Shown: positions 57,401 through 64,000 of the stretch, in pieces
Layout of the letters: every line of letters starts with the position of its first letter
Position numbering within the stretch: the stretch's first letter is position 1
Virus record (IMG/VR): IMGVR_UViG_3300022752_003639
Span: 64,001 to 128,000 of that record
Length of the DNA: 64,000 nt
From: a virus
Direction: 5' to 3' (one strand)
Notes under the pieces: model-generated
Database searches by the model: none
The model's input: the letters and a program-made list of their open reading frames with translations, nothing else
What the model was told of the DNA's origin: nothing
Translations under genes and position numbers: made by a program

Positions 57401-59388
57401 CTAAGATTGGTCCCATCATAATGAATATCGGTAATATCATCTAACATGGTATTAAGATGATCTTTTAATTCAGACAATGTAAAATCAGTAACTGGACCAT
57501 TTAACGGATTGTTACTTAAACTTAAAGGAGTTTCATAATATCCATTATTATTTGGTATTTGATCGGTAACAATTTTGATAGATACGAGATCATTTTCTGC
57601 TAAGTTTTCTTCCAAAGTAATATGAGTCGAGGTTGTGGTTGCAGTAAAAGAAGATTTTAAAACAACATCATTTTTAATAACCTTAACTGAATCTATCCCA
57701 GATACATCTATAGGTACATCTAATGATTTCAATGATAAAGAAGAGGTTGAATTAGTAACTGTTTGAATTTCAATTATTGGTAATTTGTACTCACTTATAT
57801 TCTGCCAAACATTAAAAGCCTTTTGAGTTTCTATATTTTTTAAGTAGCAAATACTGACGTTCTTGCTTGAACTTAGATTATTTTCTTTTATAACAAATGT
57901 GTCTGTCATAAAATAATTTTTAAATAAGAAACTACCTATCCCTGCACTGTTTTGGTATTTTAAAGGAAATCCTAAAACTGTATCATTGGCACCTGTGCCT
58001 ACATCATAACCAAAAACTTTAGTTCCTTGAAAATTAGTTTCATATGTTGAAGTATTTGAAAAACTTATTAAATCTTTATCATAGGCATCAAATAAAGGTG
58101 CCTGGTTTAAAGATTTACGTTGTTGTCCAAATTTCCATAAACTAGACCCTGCATCAAAATACCATGTTGTTCCGCTATATTCGTCTCCAAAATTTACAGA
58201 AATTGCATAACTTAGAGTACTGGCAACCGTTACAGTGGTTAAAACTATTGTCGAAGTAGTACCTGTAGTAAATCCTACACTGAAAATTTTATTTTTATTA
58301 TTGGGGTCTGCGTTGAAAATTACTCTATGACCTGATTGCAATAAAACATTATCTATGTAATATCCATAAGAACCATGAACTGTTTTAAAAGCATCTACGG
58401 TGTTTTCATCTATAACATCTACATTCTCTAACCCAACTTCGCCGTGGTTGTATAATTTTATGTTTGCCCTAAACTCTATAATAGGTCTTTTCGCTCTTGA
58501 ATCAAATTCATAATTTACTGCAATGTTATTAATGATAGAAGAAACTTTAATTACATCTTTATGAAACCATCTATTATATCTTGACCACGAATTTAAATCT
58601 TTACTTGCTCTGTTAATTGTAATATATTCGTGTTCAGTTGCAAGTTTTCTATCTCCATCAAAGGGATAAGAGTCAAACTTATCAGAGTCAAATGTTTCAT
58701 TATAGGCTGTAGATAACCCGTCGTAACTTTCTAGTAATCTTATTTCTATTAGTTTTATAGATTCTCCTACACCTTCTACAAAAAATAATTTTTCTCTATA
58801 ACTGCTTGGTGTTACTTGGTCGCCAAATGCCACTTGCATTCCGTTAGATAATTCATAAGCTATTTGGTTGCCGACTGAATCAGTATAATAATAGGGTAAA
58901 CTATAATTTGAATTTCCTATAATTTCATTATCAACATTTAATCCAAGCTCATTAATAACAATGGTATTAGGCCCTTCAGGTAGCCAAAAGTAATCATAGT
59001 AATTAACTAGTTTATCCCAATCTATATAAGGATCATATGCGTAATATTTGGATCTCAACAAACTATCTATATTAGAAACATTTACTTTGTAAACCTGTAA
59101 TTCATTTAATAGATCCTCAAATGAAATTACATCAGTTACATCTCCTGAAGAATTTTTTAATATTAACGCAGGTTCTAATGGATAAGTTTTCCTAAATTTT
59201 GTACCATTATCAAGATAAAAGTCAGTATTCGAATTATAGTTAGGAGTAAGTTTTGTTCCTACATATCCGTCTAGTCTTTCTAATTCCGGTGTTTGAATTA
59301 AATGATCAAATGTACTAGCTAAAAACTTTTTGTTTTTATCAGTTTTTAAATATTCAGGTAAAAAATTAGCAGATTTTTTCTTAGCCAC
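45430..59388 (-). CDS. Giant (4652 aa) baseplate wedge-like structural protein
   Basis: Follows gp25/gp6-like genes; gp7-type G.GY..P.V repeats, FG-GAP-like propeller repeats, CBM-like W..Y..G.VVRY motifs, DUF4214-like insert. Confidence 0.7.
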   Translation of the reverse strand: MAKKKSANFLPEYLKTDKNKKFLASTFDHLIQTPELERLDGYVGTKLTPNYNSNTDFYLDNGTKFRKTYPLEPALILKNSSGDVTDVISFEDLLNELQVYKVNVSNIDSLLRSKYYAYDPYIDWDKLVNYYDYFWLPEGPNTIVINELGLNVDNEIIGNSNYSLPYYYTDSVGNQIAYELSNGMQVAFGDQVTPSSYREKLFFVEGVGESIKLIEIRLLESYDGLSTAYNETFDSDKFDSYPFDGDRKLATEHEYITINRASKDLNSWSRYNRWFHKDVIKVSSIINNIAVNYEFDSRAKRPIIEFRANIKLYNHGEVGLENVDVIDENTVDAFKTVHGSYGYYIDNVLLQSGHRVIFNADPNNKNKIFSVGFTTGTTSTIVLTTVTVASTLSYAISVNFGDEYSGTTWYFDAGSSLWKFGQQRKSLNQAPLFDAYDKDLISFSNTSTYETNFQGTKVFGYDVGTGANDTVLGFPLKYQNSAGIGSFLFKNYFMTDTFVIKENNLSSSKNVSICYLKNIETQKAFNVWQNISEYKLPIIEIQTVTNSTSSLSLKSLDVPIDVSGIDSVKVIKNDVVLKSSFTATTTSTHITLEENLAENDLVSIKIVTDQIPNNNGYYETPLSLSNNPLNGPVTDFTLSELKDHLNTMLDDITDIHYDGTNLRDITGYTKYGTRIVTNANPIAFTDLFIGKKEHNVVDALRTVGNHYQQFKQNFIRKLSGISSNASVYDAVDTILKEINVTKDFTSAYYRSDMLGHGDTRVVKSYKVTNPAITDYPIGFDFNLTSLSFKSLYIYLNGTQCVYETDYTINIDEISFVATLAVNDIIEIHTFSNTQGSFVPPTPSKLGLYPKYEPKIYTDDTFINPVQMIRGHDGSLLVAFGDYRDAIILEYEKRVYNNIKVSYQSNIFDVKAGYPGLFRNRSKFEQATEILNQDFSYWAGINTVDVRTNSIYDAADSFTWNYKDSIDKIHNTQIPKHWRGFFNYFYDTDHPHTEPWVMLGFSKKPAWWDSYYSWTNVPKRAALINAITLGKISNPSQAAKYDLNYARTGFSTIVPVDLSGNLVNPSTLVTENSLGARAGPWNFGDGSPSETAWKNSSYWPYAVNIVSLLLNPADYLSALFDTSRLSYNVINQITYTQDDLYLSPKKIILDGEDNAQSSGYSQLVIEAGKIRNKDYITNLRNDLDYLNFNLFYKLGGFTNKEKLQINIDSIDPVSNSPGLVLPYEDYNIILNISNPVKVASASGIIIQKVNGRFIIKGYDLEKPYFDTLLPIKEYSSPALTVGGTTEDFTEWSGITQNKNYKLSNSETSSANTSPTTRFYKQGQVVRYNNKFYRCKISHNPGSVFDITYWTSIPSLPSKGGVTVQTTKKFSNEVTRYIYGTEINSIQEVYDIITGYGAYLESQGFEFDYYSTKYSQVMDWKYSGKEFLYWCTQGWADNNLITLSPFAYSLKYSFLNSVVENLKDNRYEYSLLKADGKPFPQENFSLTREDGYCTLQTVDTEEGFFFVKFISVQKEHGIILNNSTVFNDTIFDTETGYKQRRIRLSGFRTKDWNGDLYSPGFVYDNFTIGDWEIYKTYEIGDIVRFNGSYYQAAYKVESSDKFIFSKWTLLNEKPVPDLLPNFDYKIGQFEDFYSLDIDNFDYSQQKLAQHLIGYTPRTYFDNIFTNSISQYKFYQGYIKDKGTKNAIDKLSKASKFVNKGDITFNEEWAFRSGFYGGFSNYDEVEFPLIEGTSLENPYLITFVESLPNDSSPLINYITPNDLLLTPVDYVSTSVFPTITVQNIQVPDSNYTQSASELSGTFNDAGIILPTAGYVRLDDVTATAYNKNSLLDIARNNQIQNKSTIWTGFLENGQWSVYRYIKKIAKISGVYVSSPGENITFSCNLHHYLSIGDIVSVVNFNSQVNGVYIVTAIPQVNQFTVQSSLTSIQNEEQFAYGNLFVFDVVRYSTLLEIVNKKQLLTLDQGELFWVDSGINNKWQVYEKTTDYPTDYITSIPEPSAQELGHTIWAGDGTDKFFVSAPNFYTSATYSYGRVKVFSRENDLPKRLFEYTLNSSNLTYANATKPTEFGYSMAYDYNKNYIIVGAPRASNIYGFTGLEEEPSDVVYGIDILISNSATVLSASGRAISNSGFVVSPDYVQWTMSLSATTSSITSSTGYLTISPRIYEDEGLVKISSIGPYNDDEIVEAVLTNPYPNSSTSSDRIRFGHSVYINEVTTTSNTLLLVGAPGTKNIGLGLYIYPNQVTFALNTTTTSTVSATIVSAVTNITTGTQGNVYAYRIRKAAGIQIGIPFSGIAVYSTSSVTLKVGDQWGYKVSGSATGSLVAVSAPGYQDSTSSGVVQVFRYTNALITHYQTLFNPAGPVGEFGKDHIISYSGRYLIVSAPEYRNYDTSYGAVVIYRLNSNNKYQFLQSLYNPVAISDLKFGHSLSLDRNETKLLVSGLGTNRSVTLIFDKSSQENETTFDGGTTKFIEIVPDAGVVYAYQRFGSYFVLAHELIDNAVVEGSRYGYDVVSTNRYSYVGAPYSETTQGEDNSMAFIFDMPSIFSVKRQQPNLVDTNSAERIALIDKHKEEVTEYLEVIDPLKGKISGLAEQELKYKTPSDPAIYSIGRSSNIVDDKNNWLDEHVGELWWDLSTVKFTWYEQGDDLFRKNNWGKVFPGSTIDIYEWVRSNVLPSVWAAQADTNEGITSGISGQPKYPNNEVISVKQIYNSVSGIFENVYYFWVKNKLIVPDVKNRRLSAYQVASYISDPQANGVRFAALLSPNSVAFANVQPLLIDDRISANISFNKNNPIPRHTEWLLLTEGDANSVPNALLEKKFIDSLLGEDIDGNPVPDPSLTYRNRYGIGIRPQQTIFKNRIEALRNIISFANYRLSKEEIVGLYNLDNLKLKDEIPSESLGKYDFLVDTIQQLSQIDTIAFIQAQLTCVVENGKIVAVNIVNSGKGYLFAPNVVILENKTPATIRTFINEFGEIISTLIENSGYEFVTAPLLYVRSYTAILTSNAENNGRWTAHEYNKQLNQWVKVYAQRYNTEEFWDYIDWKSDDYNEFKTPLYVLDNLSSITAYNNAPLGTYIKVKNNGNGKFTIVERVNNGTLTPFYNSVYVESGTIKILDKLWNTELSVYNYDESGLSDTLFDQKNVIELRNIINALKHDIFKDALKVYWNLLFFAGVRYALTEQKMLDWAFKTSFVNFVTDLGVLDQRAVYKLENEKYFEDYIKEIKPYHSQLRNYTSKYNAIEYFSHNITDFDMPPVYSQETLGYFPMHISSTSTATAFTLTNTLTNVLPWKNWTENHTYYVKEIIVADGGQGYTQRPTVTLVPVSGDFGSGATAEAFIRAGKVVKITVTNPGSGYLIAPIIQFTGGGNSVTQQATASVIIANDTIRKNLIGFKFDRISKDVEIEDVYVTDQFICNGEQNTFVLTWLANTDRSTITPTLNGKLIYSTDYKLEYFKQDYEGYYAKSFTRITLLNVIPSANQVFKVVYKKNISLFNAVERIEQYYNPTTGMLEKDVPNLVSGLDYPLTTYEGMIFQDTPPWGTTNYDTAPWDDLVQEYVTVKLKEDLYTTSTIIKVNTTTGITTGQSIIIGNTSTIRIRPETIVTAINSNTNEITISSPTYRIKKVVSTATAIGSRITFTTTKLFRGDIKVGDKVLITNVVNNTFNSLYSILTTTNSTFEVTATQVLSATTSQVTTATQVRILSILSTVSSTASVLDKVVKLSTGTSTFSIQTYAIFSQVATATVQFSSGSPTWYITTSSGTVTRAVINVTGVSTGVMTTATATIYGYTEIDFWKYNYDPDLLTVNLSGGSYFNGTNTSAFGITATDVSVQGGGWIKPVGQYYGNKLNTTVPGTTATVYADSIDGYYLKYLYRHADQGGLDYWVQTIVDGYQTLLDVENYIKASSESQQISASFNPDGLVNPFRSYAPEEFVPGDTKDSLSLSVYTRPEKINPIMFNGAIFTQPGVETTATINFITGEIPAGLLVTFDGRPLSRSSSYPLPGLNSSSYFLQGNKLTVAAQSAQGKIGYSYVTAGSSTGLDSQTAAVDFVTTSNTILISDLAFSDVSRAYVELDGVSVNQYVTGTSLGYVLEPVSADNKRASVKIKNIPSGRHEVLAWFFRNNFESLNRIVEQYYVISTTTSLLTFASPPFMLEPISGQVIVEHLSGNNYGSRVRLLPPDISYYKVSNLQNTYDINNKRSGRIYNNQNVKVYVNGYEIRPGFDFTINQGAETVTINTGILRNNDTITIMDLVDYGYVVLENQIRLKTALTSGSLKVTHFQNHDSMGIRTETFDLSHNNEYYLSLPVFNENYVWVTANDQSLIAGFDFYLKSDMQTVVIGNDVDMVLGSKIVINTINPVNYSTNILAYRIWKDIFDRQSLQRITRFFRTRLAQPLNYYDTSIHVEDGSVLFSPNPSKNIPGVVFIDSERIEFFVKNGNELTQLRRGTYGTGTPWYSDAGTLVYDQSMRQNMSTEERSYIQHIPSSNTTTYIISTLTNTSSFSVNTTTSVGNGIVLLTTTTNGVLPAFEDQVEVYYGGRRLRKDSVTVHDISRAYDNTSSVFVNGVYTASYEILPPEFSIQVGTSQTLRLNISEEVIPGVRITVIKKTSKIWDISTSSILTSTSTQAKFLRRGPAELPSVYYYGGNLELYDENNDPLAENDGDLLQGL

Positions 59389-59390
59389 AA

Positions 59391-62300
59391 TTAACTTCCT
59401 GTTGATGTAACAATATTTGTAGTTTGAAGTTGGCTAGATGTAAGCGCATCTATCACTTCAACATCATTGACTGTGGCGCCACTGATTAATATTTCGTTAG
59501 ATAAACAAGTTATTTCGTAAAAACTTCCAAAACCATTTTCATTTTTTGGAAGTATAACAAAGTTAACAATATCAGGTGAAAGTAAATTCATTACATAGGC
59601 ATTTAATTCACTGAAATAAAAACTTTGTCCGAAGTCCCAATTGTTTAAACTAAAAAAAGAATTTATTGCACTTATGATTCTTGTTTTAATATCATTATCT
59701 GTTGTAACAATCTTACTATTTCTTACTGCTTTAAACTTAGCTTGCAGATTACTTGAGGCTTTATCGCCAAATAAAACTTTATATTTTACCGGATTAAAAA
59801 TAATTTCATCACTTATTGCTTTTATTTGAATAAGATATGATTTATAATTTTGTTCTAATTCTTGACTAGTAGGAGGCATTGGTTCAACAGTTAAATCTCC
59901 TTTTAAATAACTTCTAAAATTATTATCATAATTTGTCGTTAACATATAAATGTCAATTAAATTCGTCTTGCTAGGATCTATTCTACGTTCTCTTCCGCTG
60001 TTATGCAGATAATGGAACTTAATGTCGCTTCTTCCTACTCTAGCAAAATATTGATCAGTATATATAAAAGAAGCGGTTGCACTATCATAATACTTTACAA
60101 CATTAACATCTATATCATAAAAATAAAATAATTGTCCGTTAACTTTATCTGTGTCATTTACTAAACTTTCATTAGGTAAAGAAATAAAATTAGCAGAATC
60201 TTGTAAAGAATAACGTAAACCATCGGATAGTTTTTTAAAATATATGAAGTGTTCTCTATATCCGGTAGTACCTAATTCATCTGGTAAAACTATAGCATTG
60301 AAACTTTCTGGATCATCTAACTGTCCAGTATTATTATAGTCATAAAACGAAACTTTAACTTTTTTAGGATTAGCATAGCCGTCCGATTCAACAACAGCAT
60401 CATCTATTTGAAATAATCTATCATAGCCTAAACTAGATGTGCCAGCGGTGTTAATTGATAAAACTTCAATTTTATCTTTTATAACTTGATTAGTTACATA
60501 GTCAAAATTTATACTTGTGCTGTCAATATGGAACGCCGTTTGAGAGAGACTTTCAAATATATAATTCAAGTTTCTAAATCTTACCTTATAATATTGTCCT
60601 GTCCAAACAAAGGCTACAAACCAACTTGAATCAAAACCGGAATCGTCTATGTTTCCTTGTTTATCTAAACTAAACTGGTTTAATAAATTGAGGTTAGAAC
60701 TTAATATTATATCCCATTTTCTTGTAAGCTGATCTATCGTTAATCCAAAGTTTTTTTGTGTCATACAAATATTAGATATTTCATTTTCAATAGTGTATTC
60801 TAATAATTTCGGATACTTTGGAATTATAACATTAGGTACTGAACCCTGGGGAACCCTACAAGAAAATATAACAGGGCCCGTTCCATCATCTAAAAGACCA
60901 TTGCCATAATTAGAGCCATCACCTATTATCTGTTGAACAAGTGCCCAAATATACGATCTTCCTCCTTGAGGAACTGTTGCACTTGCTTTTAAATTATTTT
61001 TCTTATCGTAATAATATCCACTAGGAGCTGCAAATTGTATTAATGCACCTGTAGAAATATACTTCATATCGCTTTGACTAAATTGCCCTACAGACACTGG
61101 CAAATTATTAATTGTGAAATATCCTCTGCTCTGTGAAACAACTTTATTTGTTTCATTCCATGAAACACCTAACACAGATAAACTTAAATTTTCATATTTT
61201 TCAATATAAAAGTTTTTCATAAAACTGCTAGCGATTATATCTGCTAAAGAAGTTTTAACAAAGGCCAATACTTGATTTCTATTAGTAAATGTAAGCTCTA
61301 CAATATTTTCTGTTTCTTCTTGGTAAAGCATTCCGTCGTCTGCAAATATATTTGTTTTACTATAGGCACCACTGACATCAGACAGTTCAAAATATCTACT
61401 GACTCCGCTAGCTATTCTATTAACCGACTTGACCTTTAATATATCGCTACCAGCATTTAATGGCGCAATATTGTAATCTTCCCCAGTTATCATTCTATTT
61501 TGTAGATAATAATTTTGAGGAGCTTTTAATTTTATATTAGCATTACTCTCTGGACCGCTACTATTGGATACTGTATATTGTAAACTTAATGTTAGTTGTA
61601 ATTGATGTGATTGTCCTAAACTATTTACATATGGCAAAGATATTGTAACTCCAGAAAACTGTTCAGGTTTTAATACATACGATGAACCGTTACTTTGCCT
61701 GTAAAATAACCTAAATTGTCCTTTTGGTAAATCTCCAAAAACGCCATCACTAAAATTTAGGTCAATTTGATCGTCTTGTCTAGAACTTATTGCATAAAAT
61801 GTTCTTAAACTTTTACTCAAACTATTGTAAATTACGTTGTTATTCTGTGTTGCAGAATTAACCTTGGTCCATAATGTATTATAATTTCCCGATTTATCTT
61901 TCTGCCATAACCAAACGTCTGTATCATTAATGTTTGTAGTATTAACTGCTATGATTTCATTTGGTACTGGATTGTCAACAGTGAAATCTGCAAAATTTAG
62001 TTTTCCCTGTCTGAAATGAACAAAAAATCCTGTATTTGCACTGCCCGATCCTTGATTATCGTTCTTATAGATAAAACTGAATACATTTTCTGGTTTAGGT
62101 GGATCTTCGTAAATATAATCTTCCCCTGTAAATTTACAAGGAACTATTTCAAAATTCATTTGCACACCGTTAACAGAATTATAAAAATTGAATAACGGAA
62201 CATCTAAATTATCACTGTTTATAGAATAATTCTCTGTACTAACTCCATCGATAACATTTTTATCTACTGGAGTACCGAAATTACTAACCATTGCACTATT

Positions 62301-62777
62301 TAAAATACTAAGGAACTGTGAATACCAATTGGCATTTGTACTGTCATTCCATAATATTGGAGTATTGGCAAGATTTATACCGCTACTATCTATTACATTA
62401 TCTGTTGTGCTTATGCCTGTAATTTTTAAAAAGCCTGTAGCAGGAACATTTCTTTTAGGCGTATAACCTATTAACTGAGCTAGTCTGAGAATACTGTCTC
62501 TACGCTCTGCTGTTTCTAAAAAATTCTCCCTTGCGTTTAGGTCAATCCTAAAACTTAAATTCTGTCCTAAAAACGCAATTAGGTCTATTAAAGCTACATA
62601 TTCGCTACTGTCAATATAATCGTTAAAATCTTCAGGAAAATTATCACGAAGATATGAAATCATTGTTCTTTTAAGAGTTTCAAAATCATAACTCTTAAAG
62701 TCAGCGTTTTTAAAAGATTGATAAACTTTTGTCCAATCTTCTGTTATGAATAGTTTGTTTGAAGTGTTAGGTATCAT
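59391..62777 (-). CDS. Baseplate wedge subunit (gp6-like)
   Basis: DFETLK..DYIDSSEY..NARENFLETAERRDSILRLA..GYTPKR; ITGEDY. Confidence 0.8.
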   Translation of the reverse strand: MIPNTSNKLFITEDWTKVYQSFKNADFKSYDFETLKRTMISYLRDNFPEDFNDYIDSSEYVALIDLIAFLGQNLSFRIDLNARENFLETAERRDSILRLAQLIGYTPKRNVPATGFLKITGISTTDNVIDSSGINLANTPILWNDSTNANWYSQFLSILNSAMVSNFGTPVDKNVIDGVSTENYSINSDNLDVPLFNFYNSVNGVQMNFEIVPCKFTGEDYIYEDPPKPENVFSFIYKNDNQGSGSANTGFFVHFRQGKLNFADFTVDNPVPNEIIAVNTTNINDTDVWLWQKDKSGNYNTLWTKVNSATQNNNVIYNSLSKSLRTFYAISSRQDDQIDLNFSDGVFGDLPKGQFRLFYRQSNGSSYVLKPEQFSGVTISLPYVNSLGQSHQLQLTLSLQYTVSNSSGPESNANIKLKAPQNYYLQNRMITGEDYNIAPLNAGSDILKVKSVNRIASGVSRYFELSDVSGAYSKTNIFADDGMLYQEETENIVELTFTNRNQVLAFVKTSLADIIASSFMKNFYIEKYENLSLSVLGVSWNETNKVVSQSRGYFTINNLPVSVGQFSQSDMKYISTGALIQFAAPSGYYYDKKNNLKASATVPQGGRSYIWALVQQIIGDGSNYGNGLLDDGTGPVIFSCRVPQGSVPNVIIPKYPKLLEYTIENEISNICMTQKNFGLTIDQLTRKWDIILSSNLNLLNQFSLDKQGNIDDSGFDSSWFVAFVWTGQYYKVRFRNLNYIFESLSQTAFHIDSTSINFDYVTNQVIKDKIEVLSINTAGTSSLGYDRLFQIDDAVVESDGYANPKKVKVSFYDYNNTGQLDDPESFNAIVLPDELGTTGYREHFIYFKKLSDGLRYSLQDSANFISLPNESLVNDTDKVNGQLFYFYDIDVNVVKYYDSATASFIYTDQYFARVGRSDIKFHYLHNSGRERRIDPSKTNLIDIYMLTTNYDNNFRSYLKGDLTVEPMPPTSQELEQNYKSYLIQIKAISDEIIFNPVKYKVLFGDKASSNLQAKFKAVRNSKIVTTDNDIKTRIISAINSFFSLNNWDFGQSFYFSELNAYVMNLLSPDIVNFVILPKNENGFGSFYEITCLSNEILISGATVNDVEVIDALTSSQLQTTNIVTSTGS

Positions 62778-62793
62778 AATTTTATTATACCAA

Positions 62794-62800
62794 TATTTAT
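62794..62800 (-). promoter_or_regulatory. Late-like promoter ATAAATA
   Basis: Intergenic, upstream of the gp6-like gene. Confidence 0.5.
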
Positions 62801-62819
62801 TGTAATTTTAAGTACCTAC

Positions 62820-63257
62820 TTATTGAACTTGTAACCCTAGTTTTTGATCGAACAAAAGTTTTAAAATTGATGTTTGATCTGTATTTTTTAAGGCTAAGGT
62901 AACTTCTACTAAAAAACCTTGTTCATATTCATTTATAGCAATTTGTAAAGGGTATGACCTAGGATCGAAACTACATATTTCTTTTATATCGTTAAACAAT
63001 AACTGTTTAATGTTTTCTGTCATAGGTTCCATAATTAAATCCCAAATTATTGTTCCAAACTTAGGATTCATTACCCTTTCACCCTTACGAGTGTTAAAAT
63101 GATTTAAAAGATTTTGTTTAACAAGATCGAAGTCATAGAGTTGACTTGATCTATTAGACGGATTCACCGTACTGAACCCTCTATAAAAACGAGTTCTAGC
63201 ACTGGTAAATTCTCTGCTATAAGGTGCAGGATTTAATTCTATGTTTTTGTAAGGCAT
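62820..63257 (-). CDS. gp25: Baseplate wedge protein gp25-like
   Basis: LVKQNLLNHFNTRKGERVMNPKFG..DPR. Confidence 0.85.
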   Translation of the reverse strand: MPYKNIELNPAPYSREFTSARTRFYRGFSTVNPSNRSSQLYDFDLVKQNLLNHFNTRKGERVMNPKFGTIIWDLIMEPMTENIKQLLFNDIKEICSFDPRSYPLQIAINEYEQGFLVEVTLALKNTDQTSILKLLFDQKLGLQVQ

Positions 63258-63261
63258 AATA

Positions 63262-63268
63262 TATTTAT
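63262..63268 (-). promoter_or_regulatory. Late-like promoter ATAAATA
   Basis: 4 nt before the gp25 ATG; overlaps the upstream stop. Confidence 0.5.
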
Positions 63269-63999
63269 TGACTACCTGATCCTGTCTTTATTGGGTTACC
63301 GCTGCTATCTGTTACAATACCTCCTGTACCCGAACTGACTATACCACCTTGCAATTGGGCTAGGAAACATTCATAGTAACCCCGTTTTTTCGCCTTGATA
63401 TCCGGTGTATTGTATCCTACCGCACTACATGCGGCTTCAAAATATCCTGGATCTGTCTGGCTTGCCTTACAACGATCTAACATATACTTAACACTTACTT
63501 CTGCTGCTATAGTTGGACTGTTTAGTTTTTTAGGATCTGCAATTAAATCTTGTCCTATCATAGTCCCATATTTTGAATAATTGGCTCTGCCTGTAAGTTG
63601 AATATAACCTCTGCCGATAAATTTACCACCATCGCCTGCTTGTGTATTACCTAATCCCTTGCCTTTGGCGGTGCTAGATCCATATAAAAATTCAGGTAAA
63701 CTATTATTAGGGTTACCTGCATATTGTTGGGCTAAAGCTCTATCACCTTTAAACACGCTAGGAAATACCTGCAACAACCTATCAGCACTGTAATTAAAGT
63801 TTTCTTCAACTAATTTCCAACGGCACTCACCACCTGCTATTCCTAATAATGCCGCCACAGCGTAGGGACTTGTAAGCCCATATTTTTGACATGCTGTTTT
63901 CAAGGCATCTATTCCTCCCTGAGCAGATGCATTGTTTATATCTTTTGAATATTGTACATCGCATGATCCTGGAGGTATTTCAGGACTATTAGCACTTTG
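63265..63999 (-). CDS. C-terminal part of a gp5-like hub/needle protein with GH19 muramidase domain (truncated by window edge)
   Basis: Frame is open to the window end; GGEC, GDGGKFIGRGYIQLTGRANY; sits just upstream of gp25. Confidence 0.75.
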   Translation of the reverse strand, partial: QSANSPEIPPGSCDVQYSKDINNASAQGGIDALKTACQKYGLTSPYAVAALLGIAGGECRWKLVEENFNYSADRLLQVFPSVFKGDRALAQQYAGNPNNSLPEFLYGSSTAKGKGLGNTQAGDGGKFIGRGYIQLTGRANYSKYGTMIGQDLIADPKKLNSPTIAAEVSVKYMLDRCKASQTDPGYFEAACSAVGYNTPDIKAKKRGYYECFLAQLQGGIVSSGTGGIVTDSSGNPIKTGSGSQ

Positions 64000-64000
64000 T

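Noticed and set aside
917-63580. Numerous short antisense or alternate-frame ORFs in the track (e.g. 4684-5091, 9768-10142, 15233-15550, 18498-18902, 21160-21555, 34637-35017, 35824-36168, 51410-51754)
   Set aside because: Fully overlap longer motif-bearing genes and show no recognisable motifs or RBS
1-64000. Stop-codon reassignment (seen in some large phages)
   Set aside because: Code 11 gives dense, intact genes including a 14-kb ORF, and TAA, TAG and TGA all terminate genes
1-64000. tRNA, rRNA, integrase or transposase genes
   Set aside because: Intergenic gaps are almost all under 100 nt and show no cloverleaf or recombinase motifs by eye; tRNAscan/Infernal would be decisive

Overview
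AT-rich fragment of a large T4-like (contractile-tailed) dsDNA phage, read in the standard code, with no tRNA, rRNA or CRISPR seen. The + strand (1-36934) has three parts. First, tail-fibre/lectin genes. Second, a cluster of putative head-packaged proteins with T4-like capsid-targeting N-termini: a Pol-beta-type nucleotidyltransferase, an RNA-ligase-like protein, an HxGH nucleotidyltransferase-LysM-transglycosylase fusion, Dps and a modular 933-aa protein. Third, a replication/DNA-modification block: carbamoyltransferase, family B DNA polymerase, probable clamp, TGT/DpdA-like protein, QueD, QueE, glycosyltransferase, cupin, GMP reductase, RNase H, MoxR-vWA pair and ThyA. The - strand (36931-64000) is a baseplate/tail module: three paralogous fibre proteins, an S8 protease, a collagen-like protein, a 4652-aa wedge protein, gp6-like, gp25-like and a truncated gp5-like protein ending in GH19. 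Top leads: (i) a textbook -1 frameshift signal (A AAA AAG, stop, hairpin) extending the 933-aa protein by 77 aa; (ii) a putatively virion-delivered three-enzyme nucleotidyl-transfer operon; (iii) DNA-level conserved 'GVAE' junction repeats, suggesting cassette shuffling in a protease-processed polyprotein; (iv) a 7-deazaguanine pathway interleaved with possible hypermodification enzymes. Family assignments come from motif recognition by eye, not from database searches.
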